A stretch of DNA of 64,000 nt from an uncultured Chloroflexia bacterium (GCA_963752475.1 CAVVYR010000006.1:672001-736000); one strand, 5' to 3'; positions 41,031 to 50,813 are shown, counted from the first letter of the stretch. Notes: generated from the letters alone by a model not told the origin. A program made the numbers and translations.

Positions 41031-41147
41031 CGGGATGACTTCCCCCTTTGACGGCACGGCCTGCTGCCGGGTTCGGTCAAGGTGGCCGGACGGCGCGACC
41101 GTGACACCCCTGATTATCCGTCCGGTGTCGACCGCAAGCCTCCCTCC

Positions 41148-41447
41148 GTGACCGACCTCGAGGCCGCCTGCGACGCCGTCCACGAGAACACACCCGAGGG
41201 CTGGTGCGTCGGTCAGCCGATGGAGCACCCGGAACGGGCCGAGTGGTCGATGTACGCCTTCGATCCGTCCGAGAAGCCCATCGTCGGCAAGCGGTCACGC
41301 GAGTGGACCGCCGTCGGGCAGACGGAACTGCACTGCGTGCAGGAGATGGCCGACTGCCTCGCCGAGCTGAAGGCGGGGCGCTGGCCGAAGTCAGACTCCC
41401 GCATGGGTACGGACATGGGTACGGACCCAACGACAACGGCCCCCTGA
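41148..41447 (+). CDS. Small hypothetical protein
   Basis: GTG start shared with the truncated copy at 39965; Trp-rich globular sequence. Confidence 0.6.
   Translation: MTDLEAACDAVHENTPEGWCVGQPMEHPERAEWSMYAFDPSEKPIVGKRSREWTAVGQTELHCVQEMADCLAELKAGRWPKSDSRMGTDMGTDPTTTAP
41402..41425. repeat. 12-bp tandem repeat CATGGGTACGGA x2 near the tRNA 3' end
   Basis: Read directly in sequence. Confidence 0.75.
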
Positions 41448-41481
41448 TGTCCTCAGAGGGCCGATCTCACGCTTGAGTTGG

Positions 41482-41558
41482 TGGGGTGGCTAACGGGGCT
41501 TGAACCCGTAACCTTCGGAGCCACAATCCGATGCTCTGCCTATTGAGCTATAGCCACC
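41482..41558 (-). tRNA. tRNA-His (GUG)
   Basis: GGTGGCTATAGCTCAATAGGCAGAGCATCGGATTGTGGCTCCGAAGG…GGTTCAAGCCCCGTTAGCCACCCCA; encoded G-1 and CCA. Confidence 0.95.
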
Positions 41559-41645
41559 ATGCGACGCGTCCATGCTCACACAGGAGGGGACGACGAGCGC
41601 ATCCGAGTGTAACCGCTCACGCGGGAAGACGCGACCAGGCAGCGC

Positions 41646-42048
41646 TCAGACGAGGAGCTCGCCCGAGATCTCCGGGGTCACGAGGAACATCAGGATGATG
41701 TTGGCGATGACCGACGTAAGCGGCCACGAGCCCGGCCCCTGTCGGATCCAGGGCACGACCACCCCGTAGGACAGGAAGATGCCGATGTTGGCGATGCCGT
41801 TCCAGTCCTCCATGCCCGCCGCCAGCATCGCGCCGGCGGTGATGAAGACCATCACCACGAATAGCGCCAGCAACCCGAGGGCTTTGCCCACGCGTCCTCG
41901 GATGGTGATGTCGCCCGGCAGGATCCACTTGCCGTCGCCGACGCCGGTCGGCACCGAGGACCACGCAGCCAGGAACCAGATGAAGTGCGAGATCCCGTGT
42001 GCCCAGAGCATGAGCACCACGAGGATGTAGGAAGAGGTCGTCCAGCAC
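41646..42048 (-). CDS. 4-TM membrane protein, probable +1 frameshift near 42030
   Basis: TAGGCT 7 nt before GTG 42048; removing one C gives MLDDLFYILVVLMLWAHG…. Confidence 0.6.
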
Positions 42049-42144
42049 ACACAGAAGCCTAGCGCCTGCGGGCTGGCGATCACCGCCAGTGACGGGCGAC
42101 GAGAACCTCCTGGATGTGGAGCTCGCCTGGTAGCGAGCTCCGGC

Positions 42145-43374
42145 TCAGGCGTCGGCGCCGCCGACCGCCGGTAGCGAGCGCACGAGGTCGGCTACGAATT
42201 CAGCCGCGTCAGCCACGATCGCCGGATCGACCAGCTCGAGCGTGTCCTTGTCGGTGTGTGTGACGGTCTCGCACAGGCGGCGAAAGTCGGTCGAGGTCAT
42301 GGCCACGGCCGGTCGACCATGGCCGGCCACGATGCTGTGGTCGCTCTCGTACCAGGCCTCGCCGAGCGAGACCGTCCCGTGCCGCCGAACGACCCGATGG
42401 ATCAGCTCGGAGCCGCGCTCGCTGACCGCGTACATCGAGACCGCTGTGGAGGCGCCCCTGGAGCCGATGGCGTCCATGTTGACCGTGCCCAGGAGTTCGT
42501 CCCAGCGGCCCTCGTTGGCGGCCACGAAGAGATGCTCCCCGGTGCTGGCGTAGTAGTCCTCTCCGTTCATGGGGATGAGTTCGACCAGATACGGGCCGTC
42601 GTAGTCGGCGAGCAGTCGTGCGGTGCCCAGGAGCGCGGCCACGCCAGTGGCGTTGTCGAGGGCGCCTGGCGATCCGCCCTTGGAGTCGATGTGCGCCATG
42701 ACGATCGCCCGAGGTGCGCCCTGCGGGCCACGGCGAGCGGTCAGCTGCCGCGCCGGGAGCGTGAAGCGCTTCGAGTCGATCGTGAGCTCGGCGGTCTTGC
42801 CTGCGAGCGGAAGCAGCTGCTCACCGATGACGTCGGTGGTGTAGGCGTTGGGCAGGTCGAAATCGCCGTCCTCGATGAGGGGGTAGGGATAGAGGCCGCC
42901 ACCCATGCCGCCGCCCCGTCCGGTAGCGCCGATGACCGCCGCCGGCGACCCGGCCTCGAGTAGCTCGTAGATGCGCCGGTGCTCGGGTGCCTCGATGAAG
43001 TCGAACGACTTGGGGAACAGCTGGTCAGCCGCGATGGTCCCGTGCAACAGCACGAGGGCGCCTTCGATGGAGGCGCCCTCGAGCGCCTCGAGTGAGTCGA
43101 TCGGCAGCAGCGGGGCGCTCGTCTCCACCGGCACGGTGTACGGCCCGGGCAGGACCTCGAACGGGTGGCCATCGATGCTCAGGCTCGCTGGGCCCAGCTC
43201 AGCGTCGAGCACCTCGAAGTCCACGGACTCCACGGCCCATCCGTGCGCTTCGAGTTCGGCCGCGACGTAGTCGTTGGCAGCGACGTTGCCGGGACGACCG
43301 GGATGACGGTCGGGGAAGCCATCGACGAGGGCGGAGAGGTGCCGCTCGACGGCGACCGTGAGTGACTCAGGCAT
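42145..43374 (-). CDS. M28 family aminopeptidase (PA-domain type)
   Basis: AHIDS, GALDNATGVA, NGEDY, ESDH, THT. Confidence 0.88.
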   Translation of the reverse strand: MPESLTVAVERHLSALVDGFPDRHPGRPGNVAANDYVAAELEAHGWAVESVDFEVLDAELGPASLSIDGHPFEVLPGPYTVPVETSAPLLPIDSLEALEGASIEGALVLLHGTIAADQLFPKSFDFIEAPEHRRIYELLEAGSPAAVIGATGRGGGMGGGLYPYPLIEDGDFDLPNAYTTDVIGEQLLPLAGKTAELTIDSKRFTLPARQLTARRGPQGAPRAIVMAHIDSKGGSPGALDNATGVAALLGTARLLADYDGPYLVELIPMNGEDYYASTGEHLFVAANEGRWDELLGTVNMDAIGSRGASTAVSMYAVSERGSELIHRVVRRHGTVSLGEAWYESDHSIVAGHGRPAVAMTSTDFRRLCETVTHTDKDTLELVDPAIVADAAEFVADLVRSLPAVGGADA

Positions 43375-43459
43375 GTGACGACCTTGCAGCGGGGCCGACG
43401 GGCGGGGAAGGGACCTTCGGCTCTGGATTGGTTGGGCGCTCGACCGCGACGATGATGAG

Positions 43460-43969
43460 ATGACGACTCAGATGCGGCTCCTTCACTGGCTCCTGCGAAC
43501 GCTCAGTGACCGCATCATGCTGCCACTCTTCGAGCTCCTCGGTGGGACGATGGACACCACCCTCGGCGGACGGATGTGCGTCCTGCACACGGTCGGCCGC
43601 CGGAGCGGCAAGCGTCGCGAGATCCCGCTGAACTACGTACCCACGACAAGGGGCGTGGGGCTGCTCGCCGGTTTCGGGCGCTCCGCGGGGTGGGTTCACA
43701 ACCTGCGGGCCCAGCCGCGAGCATCACTGCTCGTGGGTGATCGCACCTACGAGGTCACCGCCATGGAGCTCGACGAGCAGAGTCAGGCCATCGCTGTGAC
43801 CCGCGGCGTGCTCAAGAACGCCGGGTTCATGGGGTTCGTCTACGGCTGGGATCCGCGGCGGGCGAGCGACGAGCAGGTCGGCGCGGTCGTCGCCGAGACC
43901 TACGCCTTCCACCTCGTGTTCGACGAGCCACCAGCGTGGACGCAGGCGCAGGCCGAGCAGAACGGCTAG
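43460..43969 (+). CDS. Deazaflavin (F420)-dependent nitroreductase family protein
   Basis: TVGRRSGKRREIPL, WVHNLRAQP. Confidence 0.85.
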   Translation: MTTQMRLLHWLLRTLSDRIMLPLFELLGGTMDTTLGGRMCVLHTVGRRSGKRREIPLNYVPTTRGVGLLAGFGRSAGWVHNLRAQPRASLLVGDRTYEVTAMELDEQSQAIAVTRGVLKNAGFMGFVYGWDPRRASDEQVGAVVAETYAFHLVFDEPPAWTQAQAEQNG

Positions 43970-43978
43970 GCTGCCTCG

Positions 43979-44350
43979 ATGCGCGTCCCCGATTTCCTCG
44001 TTCGCCAGTTCTACGTCAAGGGCAGCTTGCGGCCGGAGGGTGATGGCTTCAGCCTTCAGGCTCGCAACGGCATGGGTAACGGCACGATCGTGGGCATCGG
44101 GAGCGTGACGATGGACGGCCAGATCATCGACCCGGCCGGGATCACGGCCGCGCTCGCGGGCAGTGACACGGCGTACCGTGCGACTGAGGTCTCTCGGCGA
44201 ACGCCGGTCTCGTTCAGTCGAGGCGACGTGGTCACGTTCCACATCGCCGGGCATCCGCTGACGGCGGGCGAGCACCGCTTCGAGGTCGAGATCCACGAGC
44301 TGAACCTGGGCCTGGTGCAGCTGGTACTCAAAGACACCGTTCGCGCCTAG
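43979..44350 (+). CDS. Beta-sandwich hypothetical protein, similar to a domain fused to some HMG-CoA reductases
   Basis: VPDFLVRQFYVKGSL…FSLQARN pattern recalled from memory; leaderless TAGGCT. Confidence 0.6.
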   Translation: MRVPDFLVRQFYVKGSLRPEGDGFSLQARNGMGNGTIVGIGSVTMDGQIIDPAGITAALAGSDTAYRATEVSRRTPVSFSRGDVVTFHIAGHPLTAGEHRFEVEIHELNLGLVQLVLKDTVRA

Positions 44351-45087
44351 CCCGCCTCGACCGACTGGAGCAGCTCCAGCGTCGCCTCGACGACCTGCGC
44401 CTGCTGTTCCTCGCGGCTGATGGTGGCGACCCCATCACCTTCCTGCTCGCCGTACCAGCCGAACCCGGCGTGGTTGCCGCCCTGGATCTCCACGAAGACG
44501 GTGTCCGGCGGCAAGCGGTCCCGTGAGGCCTCGATGTCCTCGAGCGTGGTGAGCCCATCCTCCGTGGCGTATATCGATGTGACCAGGAGCTCTGACTCCG
44601 AGAGGTCGGTGCCGTCTTGCGGGTAGGACGCCCACAGCGCGAGCCCCTCGACCGGGTCGTTGTCCATGGCGTAGTCGGCGGCCATGACGCCGCCGAGCGA
44701 GTGGCCGCCGATGACCCACTGCTCGATCTCGGGATAGGCCTCGATGATGTCATCGGCCGTGTCCGGCGCCAGGACTGCCAGACCGAACGGCATCGAGGGC
44801 ACCACCGACAGGTAACCCTCGGCAGCGATGGCGCGCGCCGGCGGGGCGTAGGCCTCGTGAGGCACACGGCCACCGGGGTAGAAGATGAACCCAGTGTCGG
44901 TCGGCTCGGCCGGCGTGAACGTGAGCCACGGATCCTCCGAGGCCGTGACGGTATCCTGCGACTCGACCGCGGCCCGCGCCTCCGGCATGGGATCGACGAG
45001 GTCGGTGAGCCAGGCGAAACCGACGGCCCCAAGGGCCAGCACGGTCGCGACGGCGATGCCAAGGATGAGCTTCCAGTGACGACGCAT
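44347..45087 (-). CDS. Membrane-anchored/secreted alpha/beta hydrolase (Abhydrolase_5-like)
   Basis: FYPGG, GHSLGG, GGNHAGFGWYG. Confidence 0.88.
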   Translation of the reverse strand: MRRHWKLILGIAVATVLALGAVGFAWLTDLVDPMPEARAAVESQDTVTASEDPWLTFTPAEPTDTGFIFYPGGRVPHEAYAPPARAIAAEGYLSVVPSMPFGLAVLAPDTADDIIEAYPEIEQWVIGGHSLGGVMAADYAMDNDPVEGLALWASYPQDGTDLSESELLVTSIYATEDGLTTLEDIEASRDRLPPDTVFVEIQGGNHAGFGWYGEQEGDGVATISREEQQAQVVEATLELLQSVEAG

Positions 45088-45149
45088 CGCTGGAGTCTAC
45101 GACGGTCTACGTCATCCGTGGACATCGGGCCCCTGCTAGCATCTCCCCG

Positions 45150-45857
45150 ATGACCACCGCGCAGCATGCCGGGACCCTCGCTGGCCGACGAGGACACACC
45201 CTTGGCGACCACCTCATCCCCTCGAGCCTCGCCACCCGAGCCCCGGCCTGGGCCCGTGACGTCGCCCTGATCGCCGGAGCCGTCATCCTGCTCATCCTGG
45301 GTGCGCGCATCGCCTTCGAGCTGCCGGCCGTGAGCCTTGGCCGCTTCTACGTGCCGGACAATCCGTATGTGCCCATCACGCTGCAGACCTTCGGTGTGCT
45401 CTTCACCAGTGCCGCCCTCGGTGCCAGGCGTGGCTTGAGCGCTACCGGCATCTACCTGCTCATCGGCGCCGCCGGCCTGCCGGTCTTCGCCTTCGAGGGA
45501 TCGGGCACGGCCACGTTCGCCTCGGTCGAGTCCGGCCGGGTCGTGCTCGGGGCCACCGGTGGCTACCTCGTGGGCTTCCTCTTCGCCTCCGCGGCGGTGG
45601 GCAAGCTGGCCGAGCGTGGCTGGGACCGCCGGCTCGGTGGTTCGTTGGGGGCCATGCTCGTCGGTACGCTCACCATCTACGCCTTCGGCCTCAGCTGGCT
45701 GGCGCTCGCGCTCGACCGCGCCGTGACCGATGTCCTTCCGTTCGGCCTCTACCCCTTCGTGCCGGGTGACATCCTCAAGCTGCTGCTGGCCGCTGGGATC
45801 CTGCCGCTCGGCTGGCGCCTGGCCGGGCGCCGGGCATCGGGAGGGAACACCGCCTAG
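45150..45857 (+). CDS. bioY: Biotin transporter BioY
   Basis: VPITLQT, GLPVFA, TGGYLVGF, PFVPGDILK. Confidence 0.93.
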   Translation: MTTAQHAGTLAGRRGHTLGDHLIPSSLATRAPAWARDVALIAGAVILLILGARIAFELPAVSLGRFYVPDNPYVPITLQTFGVLFTSAALGARRGLSATGIYLLIGAAGLPVFAFEGSGTATFASVESGRVVLGATGGYLVGFLFASAAVGKLAERGWDRRLGGSLGAMLVGTLTIYAFGLSWLALALDRAVTDVLPFGLYPFVPGDILKLLLAAGILPLGWRLAGRRASGGNTA

Positions 45858-45861
45858 ATCG

Positions 45862-46809
45862 ATGGCTGCCATCGTCACCGAGGCGCTCGGCAAGGCCTAC
45901 GGAGGGCACGGCAACCCGCTCCACCGGGCCGTGGAAGTGCGCGCGCTGCACGACCTCTCGATCTCCGTCGAGGAGGGCGAGATCTTCGGCTTCCTGGGCC
46001 CGAACGGCGCGGGCAAGTCGACGACCATCCGATTGCTGCTGGGCTACCTCCATCCTTCGGCGGGTTCGGCCACCGTGCTCGGGCGGGACATCGTCAGCGA
46101 CAACGAGGAGATCCGCCGGCAGACGGGCTACCTGCCCGGTGGCATCGCCTTCTACGACTCCATGACCGGGGCCGAGCAGCTGGCCTACCTCTCGCGGCTC
46201 GACGGCCGGCCCGCGCCACTGCGGGAAGAGCTGATCGAGCGCATGGAGATGTCCCAGCGCGACCTGGACCGGCCGATCCGTGACTACTCGCGCGGCATGC
46301 GCCAGAAGATCGGCATCATCCAGGCCTTCCAGGCCGATCCCGAGCTGGCCGTGCTCGACGAACCCACCGAGGGGCTCGATCCGCTGATGCAGCGCGCCTT
46401 CTACGAGATCCTCGACGACCGCAAGCGAGTGGGCCGCACGATCTTCTTCAGCTCACACGTGCTCAGCGAGGTCGAGCGTGTCTGCGACCGTGTGGCCATC
46501 ATCCGCAAGGGCGAGCTGGTGGCGCTCACCGATATCACCGAGCTGCTCGATCGTCGGCGGCGCTCCGTGGAGATCCGGCTCGCGGGCGAGGCACCCGTGC
46601 TCGAGGGTGTCACGGGCGTCACCGACGTGCGCATCCGTGATGGCGTCCTTACCTGTCAGCTCGAAGGGGAGCCCGGGCCGCTGTTGGCGGCGCTGCAAGG
46701 CGTGGCCATCGACGACCTGCTCCTCGAGCCGGCGCGCCTCGAGGACGCCTTCATGGAGTACTACGCAGACGAGGCCGATCCCTTACCCCAGGAGGGGAGC
46801 GACGGATGA
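45862..46809 (+). CDS. ABC-2 exporter ATP-binding protein
   Basis: GPNGAGKST, YSRGMRQK, LDEPTEGLD. Confidence 0.92.
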   Translation: MAAIVTEALGKAYGGHGNPLHRAVEVRALHDLSISVEEGEIFGFLGPNGAGKSTTIRLLLGYLHPSAGSATVLGRDIVSDNEEIRRQTGYLPGGIAFYDSMTGAEQLAYLSRLDGRPAPLREELIERMEMSQRDLDRPIRDYSRGMRQKIGIIQAFQADPELAVLDEPTEGLDPLMQRAFYEILDDRKRVGRTIFFSSHVLSEVERVCDRVAIIRKGELVALTDITELLDRRRRSVEIRLAGEAPVLEGVTGVTDVRIRDGVLTCQLEGEPGPLLAALQGVAIDDLLLEPARLEDAFMEYYADEADPLPQEGSDG

Positions 46810-47612
46810 ACCTGCCGCTGTTGGCCTACACTTTCGGCGCCAACGCGCTGCGCCTGGTGGTCATCGCCGTCGGGCTCGTGCTGATGGGCGTGGTCATGCC
46901 CTTGATGTACTCGGCCTTCGGCTCGGAGATGAGCGAGTTCGTCGACTCGGTACCCTTCTTCAGCCAGATGATGGAGGGCTTCGGCGGCGGCAACGTCCTC
47001 TCGCTGACGGGCTCGATGGCGTTCGCTTTCCAGCACCCCTTCACGCTGTTGCTCGTGGGCATCATGGCCATCGCCTTCCCGGCCCTGGCCATCGCCGGCG
47101 AGCGAGACAAGGGCACGCTGGAGGTCACGCTCTCACGACCGATCTCGCGGCGCGGGCTGCTGCTGACGCTCAACACCGCGGGGGTCGTGTTCGTGGCCAT
47201 CCTCGTCGGCGTGCTGGCCGTCACCATCGGCCTGACGTCCTTGGCGGTCGGCTTCGGCGACGAGGTGAAGATCGCCAACATGACGCAGTTGTGGATGGTC
47301 TCGTCGCTCCTGTTCGTGGCCTTCATGGCGCTCGCCTTCGCCGTCTCGGTCGAGTCGGACCGGGCCGCGCCGGCCATCGGGATCCCGGCCGTCTTCGTGC
47401 TGCTCAACTACCTCGCCTTCACCATCGGCGGCATCTGGCCCGATGTCGCGGTGCTCGAGGACTGGTCGATGTTCAACCTGCTCAAGGCCCAGCAGGTGCT
47501 CACCGACGGAGTGGCCCTGGGCGACCTCGTCGTCCTGCTCGCGTTCATCGGGCTCTTCGTCGGCATCGCCTACTACCGATTCCCGCGCCGGGACCTGCCC
47601 GCGCCGTCCTGA
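46806..47612 (+). CDS. ABC-2 exporter permease
   Basis: IAGERDKGTLE…PISR, C-terminal RRDL. Confidence 0.88.
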   Translation: MNLPLLAYTFGANALRLVVIAVGLVLMGVVMPLMYSAFGSEMSEFVDSVPFFSQMMEGFGGGNVLSLTGSMAFAFQHPFTLLLVGIMAIAFPALAIAGERDKGTLEVTLSRPISRRGLLLTLNTAGVVFVAILVGVLAVTIGLTSLAVGFGDEVKIANMTQLWMVSSLLFVAFMALAFAVSVESDRAAPAIGIPAVFVLLNYLAFTIGGIWPDVAVLEDWSMFNLLKAQQVLTDGVALGDLVVLLAFIGLFVGIAYYRFPRRDLPAPS

Positions 47613-47651
47613 GCCGCCGCGGTGCTCGTGCCTCGCTAGACTGAGCGCGCC

Positions 47652-48689
47652 ATGCATATCAATCGAAGCTTGCTCAACTGGGGCGTGTTCCTCATCGCGC
47701 TGGGCGGCGTGCCGCTCGCCGTCGACCAGGGTTGGATCGAGTCGGACATCGCCGGCGAGCTGGGCCAGCTGTGGCCCCTCATCCTCGTCGGGATCGGACT
47801 CGGTCTCATCCTGCGCTGGACCCCCATCTCGTGGTTCGGGGGCGCCCTCGTGGCCGCGACCTTCGGGATCATCTTCGGCGCCGCCGCGGTCTCTCTGAGA
47901 GACAACGATATCGGGAACGTGTGGGCCGTCATCCCGGCCATCTCCAGCGGCGCCTGTGCGGGCGGCGAGTCCGGAGATGAGATGACGACTCGCGATGGGA
48001 TCGCGTCGAGTGAGGAGTTCCGGCTCGATCTCTCGTTGCCCTGCGGTGAACTGACGGTACAGCGCTCGGCCGAACCGATCTGGCGCATCGAAGCCAGCCA
48101 TGACGCGGGTGAGGCGCCACGCGTCGAGGAGACCGATAGCCCGGCGGGCACGACCGCGATCACCGTCCGCGATGGCGGGGCCGAGGAGATCGCCTTCATC
48201 GGGCGACAGGCGCGCAGTGACTGGGGCGTCGAGGTGCCGGCCGAAGCCGAGCTGACGATGAATCTGACGCTCGACGCTGCTGAGGCGACGGTCGACACGG
48301 GCCCGGGGCCGATCGCTGGTCTGGCGGCCACGCTCAACGCTTCCGACGCCACGTTCGACCTGGGTGAGGCCGACGCACCTGAGCCTATCGACATCGAGCT
48401 GACGCTCAACGCGGCCGACGGGACGTTGGTGCTGCCGGCCGGCTCCGCCAACGCCGCGGTGACCCTGAACGCGTCGTCACTGGAGATGTGCGCTCCCGGC
48501 AGTATGCCGATGGAGGTCGAGCTGACCGAGACGCTCGGCTCGAGCGACCTGGGCGATGCGGGCCTCGAAGAGACCGGTGATGGCACGTGGGCCAGTCCAG
48601 GCTTCTCGAATGCCGGTGAGCACATCCGCCTCGAGCTCACCAACACCGTCTCGTCCTTCTCTCTCGAGCGTCCGGAGGCCTGCTCATGA
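47652..48689 (+). CDS. LiaF/DUF5668-like TM domain plus extracellular beta-solenoid
   Basis: LWPLILVGIGL TM motif; repetitive acidic beta-strand C-terminus. Confidence 0.65.
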   Translation: MHINRSLLNWGVFLIALGGVPLAVDQGWIESDIAGELGQLWPLILVGIGLGLILRWTPISWFGGALVAATFGIIFGAAAVSLRDNDIGNVWAVIPAISSGACAGGESGDEMTTRDGIASSEEFRLDLSLPCGELTVQRSAEPIWRIEASHDAGEAPRVEETDSPAGTTAITVRDGGAEEIAFIGRQARSDWGVEVPAEAELTMNLTLDAAEATVDTGPGPIAGLAATLNASDATFDLGEADAPEPIDIELTLNAADGTLVLPAGSANAAVTLNASSLEMCAPGSMPMEVELTETLGSSDLGDAGLEETGDGTWASPGFSNAGEHIRLELTNTVSSFSLERPEACS

Positions 48690-49144
48690 GCCAGTATCCC
48701 GGCGGCCAGCAGCCGCCGCCCCAGGATCCCTACTACGGCCAGCCGCCGGCAGACCCGTACGCGCCGCCCGCGCCTCCGCAAGATCCCTACTACGGCGCGC
48801 CGCCCCCAGCCGATCCCTATGCGCCCCCTCCCGATCCGTACTACGGCGGTCAGCCGCCCGAGGGTGCGCAGCCCGGTCAGCCCGGTCAGCCCGGTCAGTA
48901 CCAGCAGCCGGGTTGGGGGTCGCCACCGCCACCACCGCCACCGGCTGCCCGTCGCCGTAACGGGGGATCGGGTGCGGCCATCTTCGGCATCCTCCTGGTC
49001 ATCGTCGGCGTGTGGGTGCTCTTCGGCGACCGGCTCGACATCGATCTCGACTGGAGCGAGGTCTGGCCCATCGGCGCGGTCGTCATCGGCGGGCTGATGG
49101 TGCTTGCGTCGCTGGTCCCCGGACGAGGGGAGCGCGAGGGCTGA
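48686..49144 (+). CDS. Pro/Tyr/Gln-rich protein with C-terminal DUF5668-like TM hairpin
   Basis: PPQDPYYG / PPADPYAP repeats, CAGCCCGGT x3, VWPIGAVVIGG. Confidence 0.7.
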   Translation: MSQYPGGQQPPPQDPYYGQPPADPYAPPAPPQDPYYGAPPPADPYAPPPDPYYGGQPPEGAQPGQPGQPGQYQQPGWGSPPPPPPPAARRRNGGSGAAIFGILLVIVGVWVLFGDRLDIDLDWSEVWPIGAVVIGGLMVLASLVPGRGEREG

Positions 49145-49169
49145 TCCGGTCCTGCGCGACCGACGCGAC

Positions 49170-49198
49170 AGAGCCGGCCCCGCGGGTGGGCCGGCTCT
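49170..49198 (+). terminator. Hairpin terminator
   Basis: AGAGCCGGCCC…GGGCCGGCTCT. Confidence 0.65.
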
Positions 49199-49353
49199 CG
49201 TATGTCAGGGTCGTACGGGTCCCGACATCGATGATGTTCGCCGCTGAGGATGATGGCGGCGAGCGGATGACTGGCTGAACCTATCCCGACCGCACCGCAC
49301 CGAACATGGCCCCATCGGGCCCCGGGGGGTGACCCGACCGTACGCAATCCTGC

Positions 49354-49767
49354 GTGTTGCCTGCACGCACCACTCGCGGCTTCGATGTCGGCATCGAGAG
49401 GGAGGTGGGCGTGGAGCTCGTGCTCGGGTGGTTCGATCTCAACGAGTCCGTGTCGGGCATCGGCCCGGCGGCTTCCGGCGGGATGCCGCCGGTGCAGCAG
49501 GTGCTGCTCTACCTCGTGGTCGTGGCGGGAGTGGTGCTGTCGGAGGCCGTGGCCATGGCGCGGGCCGGAGGGCCCGTTCGCGTCGAGCTGAGCCGACCCT
49601 GGCTCCTCGTCGCCTGTGTGATCGCGCTGGTCGTGTTCCCTGCGGTGTGGCACGAGATCGGCGCCATGGATGAGGCCAGCCTGCTGGTACAGATGGGCAT
49701 GGCGGCGCAGGGCGGGGTCTTCTGGGGCGTGATCATGGCCGGTGCCGAGAAGGGTGTCGGAAGCTAG
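49354..49767 (+). CDS. Hypothetical 3-TM membrane protein (start uncertain)
   Basis: Hydrophobic segments with plausible codon usage in the 3' two-thirds. Confidence 0.45.
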   Translation: MLPARTTRGFDVGIEREVGVELVLGWFDLNESVSGIGPAASGGMPPVQQVLLYLVVVAGVVLSEAVAMARAGGPVRVELSRPWLLVACVIALVVFPAVWHEIGAMDEASLLVQMGMAAQGGVFWGVIMAGAEKGVGS

Positions 49768-49772
49768 GTCGG

Positions 49773-50813
49773 TCAGGCAGCGGCGACGTTGCAGGCGTCA
49801 AGCGCGACGACCGCACGCAGGGTGATGATGGGACTGCCCTTCGAGCGACTCCGCCGTTCGGGCGCCGGGAGCTCTCGCGGACGGAACGTCTGTCGAAGCG
49901 GCCACGTGCCGTCAGGCAGCTGCGCGTTCATGAGCACGTCGATCGCGGGCTGCATCCGCCGGTCGGGCGCTCCTGTATGTGCCACGAGATCGAGGACCTC
50001 GATGAGGTCGGTGTGCCAGTCGAGCGGGTAGGTGGGCTGCAGCCAACGGTCAGGCTCCGCGCCGGAGACGCCGATGGGCACGACCTCGCCGTTGGTGCGG
50101 TACATCAGGCGCCGCTCGAGGTAGGCCTCGCGGATGGCCTCGGCGAGCTCGGTTGCTTCCGCGTCTGTCTCGCGCGCGCCCCAGGCTGCGAGGGCGCGGC
50201 CAGTCTTGACAAGCCCGATGAGACAGGTGGTGTCCCTGAGGCAGCCGCCATAGCGCGAGCGCAGCCGTGCATCCCACTCCTGAGCGGGTCGAGATCTGCG
50301 AGATACGCCGGAGACGCTGACGTCCTGGTAGTCCTTGATCCAATCGATCTGTGGTCGAGCCAGGTCGGCCCGGCCGCCGAGTAGGTAGAGCTCGGCTGCG
50401 ATACCGGCGTAGCAACTGAGCACGCTCGCGTCGCGGCCGTCGAGGCCCAGTACGCCGCTCGCGGTATGGGAGCGCTCGGCCAGGAACTCGACCGCGCGAT
50501 GCCAGCCCGGGTGAGAGTCGTCCACGCCCAGCTCGGCCAGGGTCTTGGTCATCCACAGCGTAGAGAGCACGCGTCTTGGGCTCTCGTCCTCGCCACCCCA
50601 GCTGCCGTCGGCGTGCTGTGCCTCGAACGCGGCGGTGATGAGAGGTGTGGCGAAGACGGCCTCGCGCAGCCTGCGTACGGCATCAGGGGCCGAACCGAAC
50701 CGGAGCTCTAGCTGCAGGTCGATGATGGGGTCACCGAGGCTGCGCAGGAACGTCATGGCGGCCGTGGTCGACGGCAGGGCCAGCCGTCCGTCCGTCCTCG
50801 ATCGTGGGGTCAT
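49773..50813 (-). CDS. Prenyltransferase/squalene cyclase-like repeat (QW motif) protein
   Basis: QHADGSW, QLPDGTW, YPLDWHTDLIEVL, SPIITLRA. Confidence 0.72.
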   Translation of the reverse strand: MTPRSRTDGRLALPSTTAAMTFLRSLGDPIIDLQLELRFGSAPDAVRRLREAVFATPLITAAFEAQHADGSWGGEDESPRRVLSTLWMTKTLAELGVDDSHPGWHRAVEFLAERSHTASGVLGLDGRDASVLSCYAGIAAELYLLGGRADLARPQIDWIKDYQDVSVSGVSRRSRPAQEWDARLRSRYGGCLRDTTCLIGLVKTGRALAAWGARETDAEATELAEAIREAYLERRLMYRTNGEVVPIGVSGAEPDRWLQPTYPLDWHTDLIEVLDLVAHTGAPDRRMQPAIDVLMNAQLPDGTWPLRQTFRPRELPAPERRSRSKGSPIITLRAVVALDACNVAAA

